A DNA stretch of 64,000 nucleotides from a virus (lineage: Duplodnaviria; Caudoviricetes), in the IMG/VR virus record IMGVR_UViG_3300020576_005620, positions 1 through 64,000 of that record, one strand, 5' to 3'. Below are positions 56,452-64,000 of this stretch, one piece after another. Position 1 is the stretch's first letter. Each line of letters begins with the position of its first letter. A program made the translations under genes and the position numbers. The notes below the pieces were generated by a model. That model saw only the letters and a program-made list of their open reading frames with translations. It searched no databases and was not told where the DNA came from.

Positions 56452-58819
56452 CGATTCTCCTGGAATGAAAATTATTAATGGTAAGCCTTTCTATTTAGAA
56501 GAAGACGTAACCTACACGCCGGAACATTCAAAGACACCAATTCTTGCAAAAATAGCAAGCTTCTTTGAGAATGATAGAATTTATCTTACCTATTCTTCAC
56601 CAACTGGTGAAGTTTATACATCAGTTTCTCCAAACACAATCAAGAAGTTGACAGAGGACAACTCTGTTTTAAATCCTGGAGAACTGACTGCGAGGGCAAT
56701 TGAGGATATCTTTGAAGAGCAGTTTTCCAAAGAAGTTGAGGAATCTGTAATAGAGAAGAAGTTTGAATTAGATCAAAACTCCTTTATGTACTACAAAAAC
56801 CTTAAGATTGGGGATCATGTTATATTCAGGGATAACCCTGGTGATTACACAGGTTCGTGGTCTGGTTTTGGAAAGACAGCTGTTGTTACTGCAATAAATC
56901 GGAAGGAGGAGGGGTTTACTGCGAAGATTGTTGATGGCGGTAGTTATGTCAATGCCTGGTCAAATCAAATCTTCAGAGTTCTCACCCCAATTAAGGACGA
57001 TGATAAGCCAGCAACACCAAAGGCTCTCCCTATTTATGAATCTGGTAAGGTTCTTTTCCTAGACAAGCAGTATGTTCCTCTAGGATTTAGCAGCAACTTA
57101 GTAAAGGTTAATTACTATAATGCTGAGACAGATACTTACTGTGTAGATTTCATTAAAACATCGGATCTTCCTAAGGAAGCTTTGGCTTTAGCCAAGGATT
57201 TTCTGGTGCCTAATGGTACTATTAAGAGCTATGTAGATGGTGGTCAGGACATGAACTACCAGCCTACCACTAGCAGTAGCTCATCTAAGTCCACCCCTTC
57301 CACATCATATAATACAAAGGTGTATTTTAAGGTGTATGGCGGAAATATCCTCTATCCAACTTACTTTAACAAAGATGAGATGGATAAAGCCATGGCTAAG
57401 ATAAGCTATGAATCTGAGACGGTTGATGGTCAACTGTCAAAAGTCTTTACCATTAAACCTGAGCATACTGCTTGGAAAAAGGATACTTCTAAGAATCCTT
57501 TAATGTGTGCCTATGATGCTACCTCAAAGTTCTTAGATTCGATCTTAGGTGTTAAGATTGACTCTGATGATGCCTCGTGGTATAAATCTCATCCGTTAAT
57601 TACAACTAACGGTCTTCCACAGGAGCACACTATTACTGTATTGAATGATCTTGTATCTATTTACGGTATTGGTATTAAGAAGGTTTACTGTAGAAAGGGC
57701 ACTTCTGCATTCCCAGAAACTCTTAAATGGCAGCAGGTACTAGGTATTAATCCAACTGCTCAAATGACTCGAGATGCATCTAATGAAGAATTCCTAAGCT
57801 CTCTTCCAGAAGAAGCTAGAGAATTTCTTAATGCGTCTTCTTGGGATTTTGAGTATGTGGACGAACTTCCGAAAGTTCCACTTGTTATTATGAATGGTGG
57901 TTCAGGTTCAACAACTTGGGCTGCTGGTTTGGGACATGCTAGTTATTCCTCTCCTAGGGGATATAAAGGCAATGGTTGGTATATTGCACTTTCTTACGAT
58001 AGAATCGAAAACTGTAATAGATTTGTAGATCCACCAACAACAGCTGGTACAGAAGGTACTAACGATATTCTTGATATTTCCAACTGTAAGGATGATGAGG
58101 GCAACCTTATTAAAACTAGTGTCGAAAAATCCTATAGTTGGCAGAACTCTTCTAATAGTGGATATAAGTCATCCGAAGGAGGCCCCCAATCGGGAACCCC
58201 TTTTCAAAACAGCCAAAAGAAGAATTCAGCCAAGAAACCTTCTGGAATGGATACTTCGACTACTACGATAGATACCGCTCTTAGATATGCTTCGGGTGAT
58301 ATTAAGAGATTCAAAGCAGCTGGTGGGATTGGTCTTTCTAAGAAAGGTGCCCATCCTCTGATGCAAGGTTTTACTCATTTTTTAAAAACCTTGGGTTTAA
58401 AAAAAACTGACTTAACCAACTGTGATCTCAAATATTCATCGCCCCAAATTAGGAAGATAGCTGCCTATTTTGCTGAGAACTTCTGCAATGCAGAATTCGA
58501 ATATCCATACCCAAATGTGGAGGATGGTCTTATGTATCTTGCAGATTGTGCTAGCTCTCTCCCTGTTGGACCAAATAAGGAAGTTCTTTCTTATTCGGAA
58601 GTCTATGAAAGGTTCGAAGATAAGGTTGAGAAATTTCTTGATTTCTTAATCATTGATTGTGGGTATCTAAACACTTACGCATTTCTTTGCGCTATCTACA
58701 CAAAAGTGAAGTTGATTCATCCTAAGTCTTCAAAAGAAGACTTTACAGATGAACACTATCAACTTATGTTAAATGATTTGTGGGAAGCTTTGCATCCTAG
58801 TGACGATACTCTTTACTAA
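56444..58819 (+). CDS. Large multidomain protein with a candidate papain/C39-like cysteine peptidase domain
   Basis: MCAYDA...NGLP.....VL....GI...LPKVPLVI...GHA spacing; GTG start with GGAG RBS. Confidence 0.4.
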   Translation: MSNDSPGMKIINGKPFYLEEDVTYTPEHSKTPILAKIASFFENDRIYLTYSSPTGEVYTSVSPNTIKKLTEDNSVLNPGELTARAIEDIFEEQFSKEVEESVIEKKFELDQNSFMYYKNLKIGDHVIFRDNPGDYTGSWSGFGKTAVVTAINRKEEGFTAKIVDGGSYVNAWSNQIFRVLTPIKDDDKPATPKALPIYESGKVLFLDKQYVPLGFSSNLVKVNYYNAETDTYCVDFIKTSDLPKEALALAKDFLVPNGTIKSYVDGGQDMNYQPTTSSSSSKSTPSTSYNTKVYFKVYGGNILYPTYFNKDEMDKAMAKISYESETVDGQLSKVFTIKPEHTAWKKDTSKNPLMCAYDATSKFLDSILGVKIDSDDASWYKSHPLITTNGLPQEHTITVLNDLVSIYGIGIKKVYCRKGTSAFPETLKWQQVLGINPTAQMTRDASNEEFLSSLPEEAREFLNASSWDFEYVDELPKVPLVIMNGGSGSTTWAAGLGHASYSSPRGYKGNGWYIALSYDRIENCNRFVDPPTTAGTEGTNDILDISNCKDDEGNLIKTSVEKSYSWQNSSNSGYKSSEGGPQSGTPFQNSQKKNSAKKPSGMDTSTTTIDTALRYASGDIKRFKAAGGIGLSKKGAHPLMQGFTHFLKTLGLKKTDLTNCDLKYSSPQIRKIAAYFAENFCNAEFEYPYPNVEDGLMYLADCASSLPVGPNKEVLSYSEVYERFEDKVEKFLDFLIIDCGYLNTYAFLCAIYTKVKLIHPKSSKEDFTDEHYQLMLNDLWEALHPSDDTLY

Positions 58820-58972
58820 AATTTGTTACTAGGTACTTTAGGTTTTTCTTCATTTTGTCCTAAAGTATCTGGTAACATACCTATGTGGACAGCATACTAA
58901 ATATCCTGAAACTACTAATGTCAATAGGAAATGTACTTTCTGATATAGTGAGAGCTGTATCAATGGCATACA

Positions 58973-59695
58973 ATGCTTATTGCAGCTCGCATACGGATGA
59001 TAGCTATTGCCAGTCCAACTAGTGATGACAAATGTGGGGTGGCAACACCCCAACAGATCTTTTTTTTAATTATGGAACCCCCGAAGCTCTTTAAAATGGC
59101 GGAAGCCGCAGTCCGCAGTGCAAATTTTAAATCTAGATTTAATCTGGATGTCTGCGATGATGCTGTTTCTATCGTCTATGGTAATCTTTTAAAAGCTTCT
59201 TCTTCAGATTCTTTACAGGGTGATCCTTATAATTATTTGAAGAGGTGTGCTACTAGAATGGCTAATAAAGTCTATACTCGTTCTACTCTACCTGGATACC
59301 TAGCCGTTGAGCCTAACTGGGTCCCAAACGGTTTGACAGAGCAAACTGTAGAACTTTATACTTGCAAAAGTACCTATTCAGAAGAAACTTACAGAAATTG
59401 TTTGAGAGAACCTTTAATGGTTGAAACTCTTACAGAAGCTGTTTACGAAAAGACAGAATTAGAAAAACTTCTTAAGAGAGTTAACTCTATAAATAACAAT
59501 AACTACGATAAAGTTTTTAATAAAGACAAGTTTTTCCTAAAAGTAGCTCCTCTAGTACTTTCCTGTCTTATTGATAATGGTAGTTTGGAAGATATTAAGG
59601 CTGAGTTTTTTAGAAATAAATTATCTGAGCTGACTAAATTTTCAGAAAAAATAATTCCTAGAATAGAAAGAATAGAGAAGTATTTAGAAAAATGA
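58973..59695 (+). CDS. Possible divergent sigma-factor-like protein
   Basis: DDAVSIVY..LL......DP.NYL.R.A.R.A resembles sigma region 2; true start is probably the ATG of MEPPK. Confidence 0.3.
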   Translation: MLIAARIRMIAIASPTSDDKCGVATPQQIFFLIMEPPKLFKMAEAAVRSANFKSRFNLDVCDDAVSIVYGNLLKASSSDSLQGDPYNYLKRCATRMANKVYTRSTLPGYLAVEPNWVPNGLTEQTVELYTCKSTYSEETYRNCLREPLMVETLTEAVYEKTELEKLLKRVNSINNNNYDKVFNKDKFFLKVAPLVLSCLIDNGSLEDIKAEFFRNKLSELTKFSEKIIPRIERIEKYLEK

Positions 59696-59888
59696 GCACA
59701 CCCAATTCAGAAGCTATAAAGATAATAAGGGGAGCTGTACCTTTTCATGATGGTTTTTTGCTTACTGCAAAGACAACTGTTTTTGAGAAGGATTTCGATG
59801 TAGAAAACCAGTCTCTTTTTTCTCTTAATAATTTCTTTCTAATTTGTACACATAAAACTAAAATGAGCAACGGAGACATACTCTTAGA

Positions 59889-60170
59889 ATGCGTCAAAAT
59901 CTAAAACTACACTGTCAAAGTTTCCTCCACTGTGAGGGATCTGAAATTACATGTTCTTGCGGGGCATATACGCCCGCACTTATCCATACCGAATGTCTTG
60001 TTGAAACTGCTGGAAAGCATGTCAACGAACTAACGAAAGAAGACTTCGACGATAAAGAACAAAAAACAATAGACACAGTTTGGGAATGTGCTTGCGGCAA
60101 CCAGCACACTTCCACTATTCATCCACCAACCATTGATAAAATCACAATTGAGACCAAACTAGACAAATGA
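59889..60170 (+). CDS. Small Zn-binding protein
   Basis: CSCG and WECACG motifs. Confidence 0.45.
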   Translation: MRQNLKLHCQSFLHCEGSEITCSCGAYTPALIHTECLVETAGKHVNELTKEDFDDKEQKTIDTVWECACGNQHTSTIHPPTIDKITIETKLDK

Positions 60171-61432
60171 GCACTTCCCTTAAAATCGAACAAGAAGCAA
60201 CTTACACAATGACTGGCCGAGAGGCTGCGCAAGCCTTAATGTGGGCTTATGATGTCGAAAGGACTGAGGGTGAAAGATGCGTTATGAATCTGATCGGCGC
60301 ACCTGGCAATGCTAAGACCAGTATTGTTCAACAGTTTACGGAGAAACTTCGTAAAGTCAGAGAAGATCAACAGCTTGGTACAACAGCTTTGTATTCCCTT
60401 CGACTAAACCAGGCAGACCCTACAGACTTGAAGGGTGTTCCCTGCTTTATCGAAGTTGACGGAAAACAAATGTGTACTTTTGCTTCTCCAGAAGTTTTTC
60501 CTCTAGTAGGATGTCCAACTTCTGGCAAAGCTGATTTTGTGGTAATTCACCTTGATGAAATGCCACAAGCACCAAAGAGTATGCAAAATCTTGCTGCTAA
60601 TATCATTGACGGAGTTATTGGTGACAATACCCTAGACTTTTCTAGAACTCTTATTATCACATCTGGAAACAGAAAGCAGGATAACGCTGCTACTTACGAT
60701 ACACCATCAAACGTAAAAACTCGACTAACAACTATTAACATTAATTTGACATATGATGAATGGCGAACATGGGGTATCGAAACTCAAAAAATCTCAGGTG
60801 TTGTACTTGGTTTTCTGGAAAATTACCACGGTACTTACTTCCAACACCCTAATCCACCTGCTGACCTGGTTACTTATCATAATCCAAGAACGTGGCATAA
60901 GGTAAGTTCTTTTATCAAGGCTTGGCCAGGAACTCTTACGGAGTGGGCTAAGTCACCTTTAACACCTTCAATTGTTTCTGGAACAATTGGCGCAGGAGCT
61001 GCAGGACCCTTCCTAGAATTCTGCAAAACTCTTGATTCGCTCAATATTGAGAGTGTTTGTGCAGGTCACAGTCCGGCAGCACCGTCCTCAGAGAAGATGG
61101 ATGTATGGTACATGGCTTGCGGTGAATTTGCATTCCGAATCAGCAAGATGGGAAGCTATCTAGAAAAGATAGTAGAGCAGAAGAAGGTTGAACCTAATGC
61201 TTCGATGCTGACTGAGGAAGACAGAAAGGTTCTCAAGAATATTGGTGACTGGATGCTCAAAGCCTATAAGGATGGCAATGCAGACGTAGCCTTTATTACT
61301 CTTGTACATAGACTTCAAAGCAAGGCGGCTATTAATACAATCAGAAAGATTACTAATACTACCGAAGAGTTTAAGTCTTGGAGGGAGTTGATTAACATTC
61401 TTGCAAGTACTGCTAATACTAGGACCGGATAA
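60167..61432 (+). CDS. MoxR-like AAA+ ATPase
   Basis: GAPGNAKT, LRL.Q.DPTDLKG.P, IHLDEM.QA, GNR..D.A, PR.W..VS. Confidence 0.85.
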   Translation: MSTSLKIEQEATYTMTGREAAQALMWAYDVERTEGERCVMNLIGAPGNAKTSIVQQFTEKLRKVREDQQLGTTALYSLRLNQADPTDLKGVPCFIEVDGKQMCTFASPEVFPLVGCPTSGKADFVVIHLDEMPQAPKSMQNLAANIIDGVIGDNTLDFSRTLIITSGNRKQDNAATYDTPSNVKTRLTTININLTYDEWRTWGIETQKISGVVLGFLENYHGTYFQHPNPPADLVTYHNPRTWHKVSSFIKAWPGTLTEWAKSPLTPSIVSGTIGAGAAGPFLEFCKTLDSLNIESVCAGHSPAAPSSEKMDVWYMACGEFAFRISKMGSYLEKIVEQKKVEPNASMLTEEDRKVLKNIGDWMLKAYKDGNADVAFITLVHRLQSKAAINTIRKITNTTEEFKSWRELINILASTANTRTG

Positions 61433-61681
61433 TTGTGAGCAACAAAGTAGTAATAGTGCCCGTTATAGATAAAAATAAGGGGCACTATCCCGAAAGCATA
61501 CTAGTCTTTAACAATAAGATGGTATACTTTGTTGATAAAGAAATCGGCAAAGAATTTCTTAGGAAACAGATTGGTAATGATAAAGCATTTTTTAAGGCCT
61601 ATGATGCTGGATTTATTTCCTTAAAAGTCATTGAGGATGAAGATAGTGTAGAAGACATTATCCAAAAAGGAGAACTATACA

Positions 61682-63034
61682 ATGGATGAAGCAACGTTAG
61701 AAAAAGTAGAAACTAAACCGGAAAATAAAGCACCTGATGCTACACCAGAGGAGCTTAGGGCAATTAAGGAAACATATTCTAGTGACAGAAATCAGCTTCT
61801 TCTTCAACATCCATGGTTTGGCATGATTATTATGGGGCTTTCTCTTAATGCAAGCCAAGAAATTCCTATTGCTGGAGTCACCTATACTAAAATCTTCTTC
61901 AACCCAATCCACTCCTCTAGAAGAAAAAATGGCTGTAAGAGCTATCCAGAACTAAAATCTGACACAAGATTGTTTCTTTTGTGTCACGAGCTTCTACATC
62001 CATCGTTAGGGCACTGCTCCTACCCAGCAAGTAATGCCTATAACCACAGGCTTCAAAATATTGCAATGGACGCTGTTATTAACAGAATTCTTTGTGACAA
62101 GGGTGGCAAGTTTTCTTCCTATAAGGAAGCAATTAGAACTGATATTGCTGGTGGTGTATTTATAGGATCAGATACTGATGTCCTAGAAATTGGGATCCCA
62201 GGTTCTGATACTTTTTACTCCATCAAAATTCCAGGTCTTTTAAATGCAGATTGGCCCTATATTTACGAGTGCCTAATTAAGGCTTCTCAAGGCTCTGATG
62301 CTGGAAAACTAAAGATAGCGGCGGAGGCTTTTGGTGATAAATTTCTCGATACACTAGAAGATCCAGAAGCAGATTCTTCTTCTTTGTCTACAGATAGAAC
62401 CAGCTTTTTGACCAGAGTAAGCGGAATTTCCCAAAATCATTCTTCTACTCCAGGCTCTTGTCCAGGTGAGGTTGAAATGTACATTAGTGCCCTTTTCTCT
62501 CCTAAGATCTCCTGGACAAGAAGATTGAGATCTTCTGTTGAACAAAGCATAGTTAAGGAAGATTTCTCATTTAGAGTAAATTCAAGAAAAGCTCATATTG
62601 CTATCCTTCCACTCTTAGATCCCAAGCCTGTTTACAATGTCTACGTTGCTCTAGATACTTCTGGTTCAATGTCGGACAGGGATATTTCAGAGGCTTTGGG
62701 TGAGTTGAAAGGTTTGAGAGATACCTACCCTATGACTTTAACAGTTATTCAATGTGACTATGCAATCAGTGACGTTAAAGTCTATGATGATTCGCAGGAT
62801 ATTAACTGGGAAAAATTTTCAATAGCTGGTAGGGGCGGCACTACTTTTGTTCCGCCAATTACTTATGTAAATGAGCTGTATGAAAACGGAGAGATTGCGC
62901 CTCCGTCAGTATTTGTCTATTTTACAGATGGCTATGGAGACTTTCCAGAACAACCCGAGTACCCTGTTATTTGGGTAAGAGCTAAAAATGGTTACAAAGA
63001 TTTTCCATTTGGGGAGATAATTGATATTGAGTAG
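61682..63034 (+). CDS. Metallopeptidase-vWA protein (DUF2201-type)
   Basis: HELLH...H, NIAMD.VIN, ALDTSGSMS (MIDAS), GRGGTTF, YFTDGYG. Confidence 0.88.
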   Translation: MDEATLEKVETKPENKAPDATPEELRAIKETYSSDRNQLLLQHPWFGMIIMGLSLNASQEIPIAGVTYTKIFFNPIHSSRRKNGCKSYPELKSDTRLFLLCHELLHPSLGHCSYPASNAYNHRLQNIAMDAVINRILCDKGGKFSSYKEAIRTDIAGGVFIGSDTDVLEIGIPGSDTFYSIKIPGLLNADWPYIYECLIKASQGSDAGKLKIAAEAFGDKFLDTLEDPEADSSSLSTDRTSFLTRVSGISQNHSSTPGSCPGEVEMYISALFSPKISWTRRLRSSVEQSIVKEDFSFRVNSRKAHIAILPLLDPKPVYNVYVALDTSGSMSDRDISEALGELKGLRDTYPMTLTVIQCDYAISDVKVYDDSQDINWEKFSIAGRGGTTFVPPITYVNELYENGEIAPPSVFVYFTDGYGDFPEQPEYPVIWVRAKNGYKDFPFGEIIDIE

Positions 63035-63401
63035 TAATCCTGACGAACATTTAACCGAAACCCCTATTGATATTACTGGTAAACAGCAGACTGTTTTTGG
63101 ATATGGGGGTCTTTATCTTAAACTCACTGCTACTAAATCTGGATTTGGTTACACAGTTACTTTAGACACAAACCTTCCTACTATTGAGGCAAAGAGTTTA
63201 ATGGTAAAGGATAGTGATGAAGTAGATGACTGTTTCCATGGCTTGGTAGAGATATGGAAAACTGCTCACTCAGCCTATTTCAAAGATAGCGGTCGAGTAA
63301 ATAAACCCTCTAAGGTAACAATTGTAAATGGGAAACACAGAGATGTTATGTCTTTCTTAGATATTGATTTCCCTTCAACAGACGATGAGCAACCTATATA
63401 A
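63021..63401 (+). CDS. Hypothetical protein
   Basis: 126-aa ORF. Confidence 0.4.
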   Translation: MILSSNPDEHLTETPIDITGKQQTVFGYGGLYLKLTATKSGFGYTVTLDTNLPTIEAKSLMVKDSDEVDDCFHGLVEIWKTAHSAYFKDSGRVNKPSKVTIVNGKHRDVMSFLDIDFPSTDDEQPI

Positions 63402-64000
63402 TAAACTTTTTAAGAAAGGTTTGAAGGAGATTAGATCTTCTACTTCAGGGTCTAAGTTAATTGACAGAGCTGTACACCTGCAATCTGGTGGGTTCACTCT
63501 TGTAAAAGGTGAACCCTATGTAGGTATTACAGCTTTCTGTCTGCAAATTGCAGAACACTTTTCAAAAAAGAACCTTGTTGTATATGTTGATGTAAATAAA
63601 AATCTTAACTCAGATCGGACTCAACATATAAAAACAGACAATTTTATCTTTGTGCAGCCTTCTTCGCATCTCCCTGTCATAGAACTGGCTTCAGCTATTT
63701 TTCAAGAATTTGGTGAACCAATAATATTTATCTTTGATCAAGGGAGCCTGATGCCAGATGGGGGAAGTTTAGAACAGACGGCGGTTTCTTTAAGAAAGAT
63801 CAATCCGCTTAACACTGTTATAGCCGCAGAGAGAGAAAAGTACAAGGCTACTGACTTATGGGGAGAAAGGATCTTTTTAAGTTTTGGAAAGAGGTTCTAT
63901 TATGACAGAGAACTTTATGGCCACCAAATCTTAGTGAAAGGTGGGAAAGGCAAAAGTGAACATTTTGTCTCCCATTTTACTGGGAGATTGTCTCCTGGCT
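63385..64000 (+). CDS. RecA-fold protein with degenerate Walker A, 3' truncated by the window edge
   Basis: Open to window end: SGS..ID......GGFTLVKGEPYVGIT, VVYVDV, FVQP, IFIFD. Confidence 0.5.
   Translation, partial: MSNLYNKLFKKGLKEIRSSTSGSKLIDRAVHLQSGGFTLVKGEPYVGITAFCLQIAEHFSKKNLVVYVDVNKNLNSDRTQHIKTDNFIFVQPSSHLPVIELASAIFQEFGEPIIFIFDQGSLMPDGGSLEQTAVSLRKINPLNTVIAAEREKYKATDLWGERIFLSFGKRFYYDRELYGHQILVKGGKGKSEHFVSHFTGRLSPG

Noticed and set aside
1-64000. Stop-codon reassignment (alternative genetic code)
   Set aside because: Conserved genes are full length under code 11 and end in TAA, TAG or TGA; no suppressor tRNA was found.
1-64000. CRISPR array or diversity-generating retroelement behind the paralog arrays
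   Set aside because: No regularly spaced direct repeats, no reverse transcriptase and no near-identical template/variable repeat pair were seen.

Overview
AT-rich, densely packed segment encoded almost entirely on the + strand. It looks like part of a large (jumbo-type) bacteriophage genome read with the standard genetic code. It carries about 15 tRNA or tRNA-like genes (one, tRNA-Arg(UCU), is split by a group I intron with a PD-(D/E)XK homing endonuclease), a tmRNA, and stand-alone GlyRS and AlaRS catalytic cores. Other recognisable genes: RNA-repair enzymes (RlaP-type nucleotidyltransferase, Rnl2-type ligase), NAD/ADP-ribose enzymes (NAMPT-like + PRS-like pair, NADAR, macro domain, Arr-like ART), ThyX, an intein-containing P-loop kinase, an ECF-type sigma factor, a MoxR-AAA/vWA pair, and about 35 tandem paralogs of one small orphan family. 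Two candidate new systems stand out. (1) A 249-aa uncharacterised protein is followed by a ~450-nt structured RNA containing two circularly permuted tRNA-like domains, each retaining an internal NCCA (6959-8185). (2) A probable phage ubiquitin-like conjugation locus comprises a Ubl-like gene, three Cys-containing paralogs, a ThiF/E1 and a papain-like protease (52054-58819). Several further pseudoknot-rich intergenic RNAs, one of them duplicated, lie among the tRNAs. All family calls are from motif recognition by eye; no database searches were run.
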